Virus record (IMG/VR): IMGVR_UViG_3300036846_000573
Location: 1-61,379 of that record
Source: a virus
Lineage: Duplodnaviria > Caudoviricetes
DNA length: 61,379 nucleotides
Strand: one strand, 5' to 3'
The translations under genes were made by a program, and so were the position numbers. Below are positions 27,701 to 37,203 of this stretch, piece after piece; the first letter of the stretch is position 1; each line of letters opens with the position of its first letter. The notes beneath the pieces are model-generated. The model made no database searches, had not been told where the DNA came from, and saw nothing but the letters and a program-made list of their open reading frames with translations.

Positions 27701-30700
27701 GGCGGACGGCGCTGCTGACGCCGCCCTTGCGGTCGGCGACGTATTGCACGGCCTTGCCGACACCGCGCTCCACCGCCGCCGGCGACCCCATAAACCCCGT
27801 CCGCATCGCCTCGCCCATCGGGCGCGCAGCTTCGCGTGTCGGTTCGTCGGGCAGTGCGTCGGTTGGAATGTCGTGAGACATATCCGGCGCTGCGCGGTCC
27901 TCGAACAGCGCAGGCTTGTCGATCGATGCTGTCCTCCGATTGAAATATCGGTTTGTCCCAAAAAATTCACGCGCCTCGCGGTCGAGCGCGCCACCGGCCT
28001 CGGTTATATCGGTCAGCGGGCGCAGCATCGCTTCGAGCGTGCTCTTGCCGTCGCGCCCTAAATGGAACACTTGCCGCATGATCTCGACAAACGAGTGCCA
28101 CAAGGACGGCTGCGGCGTGTCGTAACCCAGACGCGTCATCTCCTGACGAAATGCTAGGCTAGGTTCTTTACGAGCTAAAATTGCCTGAAACCTTGACTTC
28201 GTCATGACCAATGTCGGGATCTCATGACCCTGGCTGGCTGCGGCGTAGTCGAGGAGAAACCTATCGTCGTCAGTCAGCGTTGCGTCGCTGTTCTTAATTT
28301 TTGAAAGTTCTTTTTGCATCGCCCGTATGGCGTCGTAATGCCGCTGTTCTTCGGGCTCTAAAGGCTCGCCATATTCGACCTTCTCGAACAGGGTTCGGAA
28401 ATAACGCCGCGTCGTTGCGTGCAACGCTTCGTGGACAAGGGTCTCGACGGGTCGTGGAGCTTTCTCGTTTATGCCGATGATATCGTGATGTGACTCAAAT
28501 GCACCCAAAGAACCACTATCGATAGCCTCTTGCCACGCGTTTCTAAAACCTTCGTTGTGAGCTAGATTCCGCATCAGCCGGTAGCTTCCGACCGGCACGT
28601 CGGCAGAACCGAGAAGCCGCTGTATTTGTTTGGACAACTCGACAAGATGCGGCGCCAGCGCCTGCGCCGGCCTATTATCGATGACGTCTTCTTGCAGGAC
28701 TTTGTGCAGCGAGACGGTTCTGCCGGCTTTGTTGGACGCGTTCAACCGCTCGCGTATCGGCCGGCTAAGAGCGCGGTCTGCCAAGTTGCTGGCAACCTTA
28801 GTCCGTGCGTCTATCGCCTTAGAAGACTGCGCCGGCCTATCCTCGCTGAGATCCGGGTTGTCGCGCAGCGCCTGGAATCTTGCCATCGACTCTTCGTCGG
28901 TGGGTAGTTTGATCTCCTTGGCTTGTTCTCGCGCGCGTGCCCGAGGCTCGGCCTTAGGGGCTATCGTGCTGTCGATATGCGCCTTGGCCTGCGCCTGGAT
29001 CTCGCCCAACCGGTCGAGCGCGTTGACTTGTTTCATCTCACCGGCAAGCTCGGTGATCTTACCCTCGATGCGGGTAAGCTTGTCCGAGGAGGTTTTACCT
29101 TCGGACTTAAGTCTTGCTTGCTCAGTGTTGTACTGCTCGCGCAGTCTATCAGCCTGCGCCGCACCCTTGTCGCCGGCTTCCTTAACCGCCTCGATGTGAC
29201 GGCCCATAAAGTCGGCGAAATTATTGGCGACGCTCGGACGCCCCCGCCCGCCCACCCGTCTGCCGTACAGGTCGGCGGCTGTCTCAACGTCGTGGTGATT
29301 ATTTAAGATATCCTGGACCAGCGCCTTGCCGATCGTTGTCTTGTTGGTCGTCGTCGAGGCAAGGCGCATCGCTTGGCCTTGCTGCTCGCGCGGGATATTC
29401 AATTCATCGCCCAGCGTGCGCCCGCCTGCGACACCTTCTCGGGCGGCGCCGCGCCGCAGCGGTTGTTGGGTAACCTGTTCGGCAACCGGCTCGGTGCTGA
29501 CCGGACGTTCCTGCGCCGCGCGCAGTTGCTCGGCTCGGGCTGCCACCGCCTGCTCGACCGCGCCACGTTTTTGTAACGTTAGCGTAGTAGTTGGTTTAGG
29601 TTGAGTTGGTTTAGGTTGATTCACAGGTTCTGCCTTTGGTTCCAAAGGCTTAGCCTGCTCGCTCGCAGCCCGTCGTTTGACCTTCTCGACCGTGAAACTT
29701 GGCTTCTCGCCAACACCCTCGGCTTTAGCCTGGGCCAGCGCTTCTCCTACTGTCTTAGGAGGAGCTACCTCACGACCGGTAGTGGGAATAATAGGGGCGG
29801 TTTTTTCAGTAATATCGGACGGTGTTTCGGCCCGCGCCGCCAATGGCTTAGCAATCTCGCTCGCAGCCGGTGGTTTAATTCCAGAGGGTATTTCAGGGGG
29901 TATTTCGGGGGGTGCTGTCGTCCCCGTTGTGGGTGGTGGTTCTTCCGGATAAACCGCGCCGCCGCGCACCCGCGCATCGGCGGTCGCCGCCTCGATCGTC
30001 GGACCTTTGCCGATGACATCGCCGTCGATGTTCTTGGCGACGACCTGCCCCTTATTCACATCATCCGGTTCGGTGCGTATCTCAGAAGATGGTGCCGCTC
30101 GCTCGACTGTCGGTCGTGCTGGCGCTGTCGGCTCTGTCGTGGGCGCTGGCCGTAGTTCTGGTGGTGGCGCTGGTGGTTCTAGCGCGGGAGGCTCTGCGCG
30201 CGCTGGTGTTAGCGTCGGTGTGGTAGGTCGTTCCTGTGGTGGCCCAGCCGCTGCTCCGCCTTCAGGCGGCTGGGCCATTGATCTTTCGAGTTCCTGTATG
30301 CGCTCTTCTGAATAGCCGCGTCTCGCCAACTCCGTGCGTTGCTGCGGGGCAAACCTAGCAGTCGGCGCTAAAGCGGCTGCGACTTCCGGCGCGACACCCT
30401 CGCCCGGTGCGCCTTCCGCGCCGCCCTCGCCAGCCGGCGGTGGCGCGCCTAGCGTGCCCTCGACGGTATCTCTGGCTACATCTCTGGTTACGGCTTTAAC
30501 GCGTGCGGCGATGCCGCCCGGCTCACCTTCCGGTGCTGCGCCGGGTGCGCCCGGTGGTGCGCCTGGAGGTGCGCCGGGTGGAGCGCCTCCTGGCTCTGGA
30601 GGAAGCCCGCCCAGCGGGGTTTCGCTAGGAGGCGGTAACGCTGGCCTCGGCGGCGGCAAGGCCAACCGGATGGCCGCAGCCTCGGCGGCTGGCACTCCTG

Positions 30701-31901
30701 GTGTCGCCGCCGGTGGTGGTGTTGCCCTAGCCGCCGGTGCCGGCCGCGCACCGCCGCCGGTCAATCCGACGATCCCAACCAGACCCGTGTTGTTTACTAA
30801 ACTTGCAACCCGCTGCCCGGCGGTCGGCTGCTCGTAGGGTTTACCGCCGGCTGTGTCGATAACCGGGCCGAGTTCGGTCTGTGCCGCACCCAAGGCTTCG
30901 AGACCGGCCGCTTTACCGAGCAGCCCCGGCGCAGCGAGGGTCGGCGCGGCGGCAGCCTCCCCTGCTTTACCCGCGACATTGTCGACGACGCTCTTGACCC
31001 AGCCACCTAACATCTCCTGACCGGGTCTGGTCATGATCAGCGCCGTCTGCGCCCCCCCAACGGCAGCACCGACGATGACGCCCATCGCTGTCGCTGCCGG
31101 GTCGCCGCCGGATTTGACGTTGGCGTCGATCCCGCCCAGCGTACCCAGCAAGGCTGCCGCTCTTGGGATCGTGGCAAACCCGCCCGTCGCGGCGCCGGCC
31201 AGGATGGTCGGCACGATCTCCAATGCCGCGCTGGCGGACTGGCTGAGGACCGCCGACACCGAATGGTATTTGTGCCATGCCTCGACGGGGTCGTTGGTAT
31301 CCGGCGCCCAGTCCTTGGTGAATTGCTCCCAACCTTTAAGCTGAGATTCCAACGCGTCTTTGATGGCTGGCGAATCGATATCAAACTGTCTGGCGATAAA
31401 GTCGGCGCCGCGTGTCGCGACGATGCCGATCTTGCGCGCTTCGCCGACGGAGCCGCGAACCAGGGCTTTTCCCGATTCCGCTAAAAAACCCGGCGGCGGC
31501 GCTTCCGGTACATTCGCTTCTGCCGGGCTGGCGTTAAAGGCTTCACCGCCAATGGTGCCCCACGGCGTCTTCATGCCGACAACGGATTTCTCGGGCTTCT
31601 CGGGTTTTGTCGGTTCGGCGGCTGTCGTCGACGGTTCAAGGTCGCCGGCGCCGGGCGGCAAGGGCGCCGGCGCGCTGCTGGTGCCATAGACATCCGGGGC
31701 GTAGCCGATCGCCGGTGGGACTTCGGTGTCGGTCGGGCTGCCGGTAGGCGCCGGTGTTGCCAGAGGTGACGGTGTTACGACGGCGCCGCCGGCCGGCGCC
31801 GGTTCGGGCGACGGCCTGACAGATAGTTGCTCGGTGTCCAGGGCCGGGTCTTGTTCCCCGGTGTCCAAGTAAGGGTCGGTGGGATCGTAAGGGGCGGCCA
31901 T
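24780..31901 (-). CDS. Large virion/ejection (polyvalent) protein, 2373 aa
   Basis: Size and position; zincin-like HEALH motif. Confidence 0.75.
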   Translation of the reverse strand: MAAPYDPTDPYLDTGEQDPALDTEQLSVRPSPEPAPAGGAVVTPSPLATPAPTGSPTDTEVPPAIGYAPDVYGTSSAPAPLPPGAGDLEPSTTAAEPTKPEKPEKSVVGMKTPWGTIGGEAFNASPAEANVPEAPPPGFLAESGKALVRGSVGEARKIGIVATRGADFIARQFDIDSPAIKDALESQLKGWEQFTKDWAPDTNDPVEAWHKYHSVSAVLSQSASAALEIVPTILAGAATGGFATIPRAAALLGTLGGIDANVKSGGDPAATAMGVIVGAAVGGAQTALIMTRPGQEMLGGWVKSVVDNVAGKAGEAAAAPTLAAPGLLGKAAGLEALGAAQTELGPVIDTAGGKPYEQPTAGQRVASLVNNTGLVGIVGLTGGGARPAPAARATPPPAATPGVPAAEAAAIRLALPPPRPALPPPSETPLGGLPPEPGGAPPGAPPGAPPGAPGAAPEGEPGGIAARVKAVTRDVARDTVEGTLGAPPPAGEGGAEGAPGEGVAPEVAAALAPTARFAPQQRTELARRGYSEERIQELERSMAQPPEGGAAAGPPQERPTTPTLTPARAEPPALEPPAPPPELRPAPTTEPTAPARPTVERAAPSSEIRTEPDDVNKGQVVAKNIDGDVIGKGPTIEAATADARVRGGAVYPEEPPPTTGTTAPPEIPPEIPSGIKPPAASEIAKPLAARAETPSDITEKTAPIIPTTGREVAPPKTVGEALAQAKAEGVGEKPSFTVEKVKRRAASEQAKPLEPKAEPVNQPKPTQPKPTTTLTLQKRGAVEQAVAARAEQLRAAQERPVSTEPVAEQVTQQPLRRGAAREGVAGGRTLGDELNIPREQQGQAMRLASTTTNKTTIGKALVQDILNNHHDVETAADLYGRRVGGRGRPSVANNFADFMGRHIEAVKEAGDKGAAQADRLREQYNTEQARLKSEGKTSSDKLTRIEGKITELAGEMKQVNALDRLGEIQAQAKAHIDSTIAPKAEPRARAREQAKEIKLPTDEESMARFQALRDNPDLSEDRPAQSSKAIDARTKVASNLADRALSRPIRERLNASNKAGRTVSLHKVLQEDVIDNRPAQALAPHLVELSKQIQRLLGSADVPVGSYRLMRNLAHNEGFRNAWQEAIDSGSLGAFESHHDIIGINEKAPRPVETLVHEALHATTRRYFRTLFEKVEYGEPLEPEEQRHYDAIRAMQKELSKIKNSDATLTDDDRFLLDYAAASQGHEIPTLVMTKSRFQAILARKEPSLAFRQEMTRLGYDTPQPSLWHSFVEIMRQVFHLGRDGKSTLEAMLRPLTDITEAGGALDREAREFFGTNRYFNRRTASIDKPALFEDRAAPDMSHDIPTDALPDEPTREAARPMGEAMRTGFMGSPAAVERGVGKAVQYVADRKGGVSSAVRRTVSPFRSTKDLVEANKDVTPSIEKVHEAQKNAFHETEEFMRRWGDKVQDMGHRIQQASDDFRQLIVDVGVLPTKRGATYGVAARLGGKDFLADNAHLNSEQLKVAENLQKTYDNLPAPERGLYKELQDMHRAMDVEEKQAVFKSIADRTFADWTPAERGILENTFKSRRALEDFISNPDASPIADAVGERWQNSRAFAQALAKEWRNGWIEGDYFPQRRYGDYIVSWGDKEHPESYGVEMFERRGEAMARARQLEDEGASDVHGVARKEAYNARNALPEGTIENLDKALQSRTKLSPQEVQDLKDSGVSDKAINQMQRYRLDTDQIKAVRDEMVGLRLRNATSSQQARTRARRQGIKGATTDAAKVLYMDTLSSASRVGHLLHGGEETTALSAMRREVTSLRNQGLTRQAEYERGNDALHEMTQRATPIDGDRSMSLAAKLGRGVSRLAFTMQLMRVAHPVLQAVETNIRAMAYLGARFGYGRTAVMLTKSLLDVAPTAWRQGLHNMATVMHSDMKTSNWDMRGVMLKRLQASMGDPAHAQALVDMMDREGAFTHSITLEMRRLAQPGGFDTTGGGAGGVARRLANNMMDLFTVAEHTVDVMNRSAAAKAAFDMAMRDTKGNVSESLDHAREMMGRIAPSVAPWNIPRMATQQGPFGGWTGPIMQYKVTAMQLYSTMAAIAKEMSFKTPEGREAVKAITGLIAMNSALVGGVTGNVFGVGVSGMFGLLDWIEGRDKPRDREPEVRRWMAERWGEPMSLFLSRGAAGLAGFDVHTNIGLSNMGGIKGPESFDAKGFGMMVGNAVGGPAMAAATQVQAGLHNLINGNYAKAVDQLQPRVTRDIFRAYNERATGLTDSRGAVIREPGETTVAGTVGTAIGLNPNAYFYDRRNAGIQARNYLQEDRQHAIDAWLRSGDRTAVDQFNADNQHEGERINYSELYKAQKQQRDQLRKPEDYGLKVSPKQRRFMEDSMRF

Positions 31902-31902
31902 G

Positions 31903-34900
31903 TCAGCGTGCCTGCAGTTGGTCGCGCGTGACGCGCCGTGGCATGCCGATGGCTGGTGGGTTGAACACGACCGGCGCCTGCGGCTGAACCACCGGGCGCT
32001 GCGGCATCTGGATGTTGGGAACCTGACGCGGGCCGGTCGGCGGCGGGTTCGCCGCTAAAGCCCTCTCGACCTCTGGGATAGCGGTGCCACGCAGCGACTG
32101 CGGTGACAGATAAGCGCGCGGATGACCACTTGGGTCGAGCACGGTAAAGCCTGTCGTCCTGCCCTGAGCATCAACCAAGGGCGCCAGCTTCATCGTCGTA
32201 ACAGGATTACCCGGTGTCGACTCCTTGGTCTGGGACACGAGACCCTTAGTCAATGTCTTGGCCTGATCCACCGTTTGCTCGGTGTTGTTCATGCGCAGTG
32301 CTTTATAGATCTGCTTGGAGCGGTCTAGCTGCTCCTGGTCCCAGGTAGATCCATTCTCGTTGGTGAGCGGGTTCTTCGAGCTAGGATCGAAAATACCCTG
32401 CTCCAGTATTTCTTTGTCGGCAGCCGCAGCGGCGCGCGCCTGGGTCTCTTGCTGCGCCCCCAGCCGGGCATTTGTTGTCTCGATGTTTGCCTGTACCCGC
32501 TGCGCTGCGTCATAGAGCGAGATTTGATGCTGCTCTGCGGCACGCCGATTGGCTTCGGTTTGCTGCACGCCGACCCGCTGCGCTTCGGCTTGCACCGTCT
32601 GATTGGCGTGAGCCGTCTCGAACTCCAGCTTCTGCCGCGCCTGGGCTTCCAGCATCTGGTTGTGGACGATCTCTTCGTTGGTCTTTTTCTCCTTGTCGAC
32701 CATTTCGGCCCACTTCACCGGATCGGCGACGATCCGCATATTGTCCATCAGGTTTTGCTGAGTGACTTGAAACGGCCCGCCCATCGGCTGATGGGTCACT
32801 TCGCTGTAGCGCTGCCCATATACTTTGTCGTCCGAGACACCGAACTTGATAAAGGCGCCGTCCTCGACAAAGGCATGGCTGCGCGCCAGGAAGTAGGTCG
32901 CGGCGCTCCAGTCCTTGGCGCCCATCGCGCCATAAGCACGCTTCAAATCGTCAAAGCTTCCGGCGTGCTGCTCGCGCGTCAGCAACTCGATGGCGGCGCC
33001 GGCTGCCCCCCAGTTGTCGGTCAACGCCGCCTTGCGGTAGATCGCCAGCCTAAGCGCGGCAAAGCCGTTGCTGGGTGTCGTGTTCGACGGCGCGGCGTCA
33101 TAGGTGACGTAGCTCAGAAGCCCGACCGGGCCACCGGCTTTGGTCGCCGCCATGGCGGCGTCCGGGTCGGCGGTGCCGGGCTTGCTGTTATTATCCAGCG
33201 AGTTCGTTGGGCCGGCTGGCGCCGGCGCTGGCGCGCCGGGAACGACCGATGTACCAGGACCGGGCACGCCACCCGGTGGCGGCGGCACGGCTTCTGCCGG
33301 TGTCCCCGCTGCCGCGCGCGGCGCTGGGGGCGTGCCGGGCGGTGGTGTCGGCGGCGGCGCGGTTGGCGCTGTCGCTTCGGCTGGCGTCCGTGCCTGCGGT
33401 GTCGTCTCACTACCGGTAGTGACCGGTTTTGCTGGCGGAATGACCGTTGGCGGAACGACAAGACCTTCTTGTATATTTCGCGCGCCTTCAGCCGCAGCCT
33501 GTGCTGCCTGCGCCCCCGGCAAACCTTCGGGCTGCACCGTGATAGCTGGCAGCGCATTACCGATAGCTCGACCGATGGCTCGACCAAGCGAGCCATACTC
33601 AGGCGCCGGTGTGCCGGTTGGTTGGAGCCCGCCCGGAGGCTCAGGCTCGCCGGTCTCAGGATTGACGACTGTACCGGGTGGGTAAGCGCGCGCCCGGCCT
33701 TGCCCTTGCAGAACCGGCGGTGGTCCCGGTAAAGGCGGTGGCACTGCCGGCGCAGCTTGCGGCGGCACGACAGTCGGCGGCACGACCAGTTCGCGAGCGC
33801 CGCCGGGGCCACTGACAGGACCGCGAACCCCGCCTAGATCCGGCGGCGGTGGCGGCGACACGGTGTACGGCACCGTCGGTGGAACAACAACGTCACGCGC
33901 ACCGCCGGGGCCGCTGACAGGACCACGAACACCGCCCTGATCCACTGGCGGTGGCGGCGACACGGTGTACGGCACCGTCGGCGGTACAGTCAGTTCACGC
34001 GCATCGGCGCGGGCGCCGATAATGCCGCCGCCTTCCTGCGGTGTTCCGGTAACCGTCGGCAGACCGGCGCTTGTCACCGCGCCTTCGGGCGGCGGCTCCT
34101 CTTCTTCCGGCTTGCGCCCCATAAACGCATCGATGAATTTCCACACCCCCGGCGCGTTGGCGAGGGCGATCTCGTGCGACGCGTCGGGCCGCTGCAGCAT
34201 GCGCTTGACCACATCGGGTCCGGCATAAAATGCCGCGACGGCATTTTTAGAACCGCGCCCGAACTCGTCTTCCGCCTCCTTCCACTTGAGCGCCCCCATG
34301 TAGAGGTTCTGAATGGGGTTATTAATATCTAACGTTTGTTTAGGGTCGATGCGCTTCTGCTCGTCGGGGCTGATCGCAAAGTAACCAACCCGACCGTCCT
34401 CGTCTTTGTAGCTAGGGTCGGTATCGCTAGATAATTTTATAAGCTGCGCCAAATCGATCGGCGACACGCCGACATCGGTACCAACTTTATTCAGCGCGTC
34501 GTACAATGCCGGGTCGTTGCTGCGTAAATCCTTATAGGTTTCCGCCGGCACCGGGATGCGGGGTTGCTTTATCGGGAACGGCGCCTGCTCGCCGATCGCC
34601 GAGCGCGAACCGGGTGTGCCACGAAACACCACCGGCGGCGCCGGCGCTGGCTCGCCGGGAGGTTTCTCCTCGGGAGCCTGCATCTCCCGCGTCATCGGTG
34701 TCGTCGGCGGCATCGCCGCAGGCGATGGCTGATCGCCAACTTCATCGGGTTTTACCGAGCCGGTCAGCGACGTCGCACCGATAGCCGGTTGAGGTTGAGC
34801 CGGTATCTGCGACGGGGTCAGGACCGGCGCCTCAGTAGTTGGCTCTGGCGTCGCTGGCGTCGCTGGCGCGCTGGGGCCGCTTACGGCTGTATCTTCAGTA

Positions 34901-35898
34901 TCGTCGTATGGGGGCATCTGGAACTCCGGATACCCGGTATTCGGGTTGATGTTCTGGCTTGGCGATCCTGCAGTATAAGCTGAAACGTCTTGATTCTGTT
35001 GTTGAAACGCGCTGCCGATAGCGCCCATGACTTCGGGAGTCTGAGCTTGTCGAGGCACGACGACATCGCCCGGAGTCAGATGTCCGGTGATCGTGTCGGA
35101 GCCGCGCCCCTCCTGGTCCGCAGAAGCTTTATACTGCTGAAATTGCTGCATGCCGTACGGAGCGCGGTCTTCGTACTCGTTATGAAATCTATCTCCGGGA
35201 CCGCCTGGGCGATACACCGTGGGCGTCTCAGCCATGCCCGGCGTTAGCTCAGGATGCTCGGGGTTCTGATAATACCGACCGTAGTCAAGCGGGTTGATCC
35301 CGCTATAAGTTCCAGGTTGGACGCCGCCACGTACTGCTAATGCGCGCCGATTAAAGTCCCCAGCACTATCATATCGCTCGACGGTATCTGGCGGTCCTGG
35401 CACACGCGATGATCCAGAGTATCGATAGTTAGTAAAATCACTCTGCGCAGCATCCGGTAAATCCTGTTTTTGTCTTATATAGTCGGCAACGTCTCGGGTC
35501 GCGATCGGGTGTACCGCCGCCTCGTAAGAATAATCAGCTTCTTTGGGAGAATGATAAGCCGGCCAAGAACCCCAGCCTTCTTTAGCAGCCCGTCTAGTCG
35601 CCTGCTCTACCGGTAAAATCTTACCGTCCCATACTGTTGGAATATTATAATACGCAGGAGCGCCGCCAATATTTGGCCCCTTAACAACTGCCTGATAAAG
35701 TGTCGATATGCTACCGTCTGAATGCTCGACCTTGCCGTTGCCGTACAGGTTTGCCCTATGATGGTTGTAAAGATTAAGCTCCTGCGGCGACAAATCCTCT
35801 AGCTCACGGTTCTGGCTCGCCGCAGGGCGATAAGACTGCCAAAGCCGGTCAGTTTCCGCCGGTATCGGTGTCAGATCCTGTTGGCTATTGTCGCTCAT
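31903..35898 (-). CDS. Internal virion protein with degenerate SLT-like domain, 1331 aa
   Basis: GRVGYFAI...NPIQNLYMGA...AVAAFYAGP; Pro-rich repeats. Confidence 0.65.
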   Translation of the reverse strand: MSDNSQQDLTPIPAETDRLWQSYRPAASQNRELEDLSPQELNLYNHHRANLYGNGKVEHSDGSISTLYQAVVKGPNIGGAPAYYNIPTVWDGKILPVEQATRRAAKEGWGSWPAYHSPKEADYSYEAAVHPIATRDVADYIRQKQDLPDAAQSDFTNYRYSGSSRVPGPPDTVERYDSAGDFNRRALAVRGGVQPGTYSGINPLDYGRYYQNPEHPELTPGMAETPTVYRPGGPGDRFHNEYEDRAPYGMQQFQQYKASADQEGRGSDTITGHLTPGDVVVPRQAQTPEVMGAIGSAFQQQNQDVSAYTAGSPSQNINPNTGYPEFQMPPYDDTEDTAVSGPSAPATPATPEPTTEAPVLTPSQIPAQPQPAIGATSLTGSVKPDEVGDQPSPAAMPPTTPMTREMQAPEEKPPGEPAPAPPVVFRGTPGSRSAIGEQAPFPIKQPRIPVPAETYKDLRSNDPALYDALNKVGTDVGVSPIDLAQLIKLSSDTDPSYKDEDGRVGYFAISPDEQKRIDPKQTLDINNPIQNLYMGALKWKEAEDEFGRGSKNAVAAFYAGPDVVKRMLQRPDASHEIALANAPGVWKFIDAFMGRKPEEEEPPPEGAVTSAGLPTVTGTPQEGGGIIGARADARELTVPPTVPYTVSPPPPVDQGGVRGPVSGPGGARDVVVPPTVPYTVSPPPPPDLGGVRGPVSGPGGARELVVPPTVVPPQAAPAVPPPLPGPPPVLQGQGRARAYPPGTVVNPETGEPEPPGGLQPTGTPAPEYGSLGRAIGRAIGNALPAITVQPEGLPGAQAAQAAAEGARNIQEGLVVPPTVIPPAKPVTTGSETTPQARTPAEATAPTAPPPTPPPGTPPAPRAAAGTPAEAVPPPPGGVPGPGTSVVPGAPAPAPAGPTNSLDNNSKPGTADPDAAMAATKAGGPVGLLSYVTYDAAPSNTTPSNGFAALRLAIYRKAALTDNWGAAGAAIELLTREQHAGSFDDLKRAYGAMGAKDWSAATYFLARSHAFVEDGAFIKFGVSDDKVYGQRYSEVTHQPMGGPFQVTQQNLMDNMRIVADPVKWAEMVDKEKKTNEEIVHNQMLEAQARQKLEFETAHANQTVQAEAQRVGVQQTEANRRAAEQHQISLYDAAQRVQANIETTNARLGAQQETQARAAAAADKEILEQGIFDPSSKNPLTNENGSTWDQEQLDRSKQIYKALRMNNTEQTVDQAKTLTKGLVSQTKESTPGNPVTTMKLAPLVDAQGRTTGFTVLDPSGHPRAYLSPQSLRGTAIPEVERALAANPPPTGPRQVPNIQMPQRPVVQPQAPVVFNPPAIGMPRRVTRDQLQAR

Positions 35899-35901
35899 GA
35901 C

Positions 35902-37203
35902 TTATCCCGTCGGATAAATGCCGGGATAAAGACCGCTGGCAACCTGCATCGGCACCAGCAGCGTGCGCGGCCCGATCGCGCCGGGCTGTGACTGCACGTA
36001 ATTCGTCTGACCAGCTTGGCTGAGCGGCACACCTTGCGCGTTGACCAGCACGTTACCCTGAGGGCCGCCCCAATAAATCGGCGACTGTCCTGGCGCAGCA
36101 ATGTTTGCCGACGCCAGCGCCGGCGCACCGGCTTGTCCTTGCGGCGCTTGCGGAGCGCCACCATAAGCGGGACGCAATGCCGGCCCTTGATGCGGCGCTG
36201 TCACCGAGGGCTGCGCCGCCGCCGCAGCTTGCGCCATAATAGGTGGCGGCGCGGCAGGCACAGCACCGATCGCGCCCGGCGGCGCCATAGGTCCGCCCGG
36301 GGATAAACTAAACGGCACTAGCGCTGCAGTCTTGGTGACGTTAGGCGTCAGGGCCGAGAACTCATCCGGTGGTGGTGGTGGGGCCGTAGTCCCTTCCTGC
36401 CCGCCACCGGTTAACGGTGCCGGCGCTGGCGCCTGCTCGGGTAGCGGCACGGGTTTTGCTGCAGGCTCCGGCGTTGGCACTGCTGCTACTGGTGGTGGTG
36501 GCGGCGGCGGTATCGCTGCCGGTGCCGGTGTCCTTGCAACGTTAGCGCTGGCAGGCGGTAGTAAGTTTAACTGCTGCCGGGTGATGTTTGCCTGTTCTTT
36601 TATCCGACTGTTAAAATTCTCCCACGGACGCAGACCTTCTGCCCCGTAAGCCGCGTCGAACACCTTGCGCTGCGACTCCGGTGAGAAATCATCGACACCG
36701 GCGATCTCGGCATATTTTTTATAAGTGTCTGGTTGAAATTGAAAATCACCAGCGGCGTGGCTGACAAAGGTCTTACCGTCGGGTCCGGTAAAGGTCTTAC
36801 CCTCCCAATCCGGAAACCCGTGATACCCCGGTTTTGCCGGGTAACCCGACAAGTCTTTACCACCGACACCCGTGTTAGGATTACCACCAGGATTTTCCAG
36901 CGGTGAGATAACACCCGCTGCGATGTCGCTCGTCCAAGGCTGGTTCCAGTTTAACCCCGGGGTGCCACCCGGCTCGCCTTTTGTGCTGACCCCCGACATC
37001 GATTGATTAAGCGTCTGGGTTTGTTTCGCTGCATCCTGCTCCTTCATTTGCTGAGTTATTCTATCTTGTACATCGTATGAAGCTTGATGCGACTTGATCG
37101 AGAACTCCAGGTCTTCGGCTTTCTGCAGAAAATTCTGCATAAAGGTGGCGCCGTTTTGGAGCCCGGTGATAAAAGCCAACCCTGGCGAATACGGCTCAAC
37201 CAT
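35902..37203 (-). CDS. Internal virion protein with lysozyme-fold domain
   Basis: LENPGG...AAGDFQFQPDTY...DFSPESQ...GLRPW. Confidence 0.7.
   Translation of the reverse strand: MVEPYSPGLAFITGLQNGATFMQNFLQKAEDLEFSIKSHQASYDVQDRITQQMKEQDAAKQTQTLNQSMSGVSTKGEPGGTPGLNWNQPWTSDIAAGVISPLENPGGNPNTGVGGKDLSGYPAKPGYHGFPDWEGKTFTGPDGKTFVSHAAGDFQFQPDTYKKYAEIAGVDDFSPESQRKVFDAAYGAEGLRPWENFNSRIKEQANITRQQLNLLPPASANVARTPAPAAIPPPPPPPVAAVPTPEPAAKPVPLPEQAPAPAPLTGGGQEGTTAPPPPPDEFSALTPNVTKTAALVPFSLSPGGPMAPPGAIGAVPAAPPPIMAQAAAAAQPSVTAPHQGPALRPAYGGAPQAPQGQAGAPALASANIAAPGQSPIYWGGPQGNVLVNAQGVPLSQAGQTNYVQSQPGAIGPRTLLVPMQVASGLYPGIYPTG

Noticed and set aside
33770-34000. Direct repeats in the 1331-aa gene, and those at 43960-44830
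   Set aside because: In-frame protein module duplications; no reverse transcriptase, so not a diversity-generating retroelement
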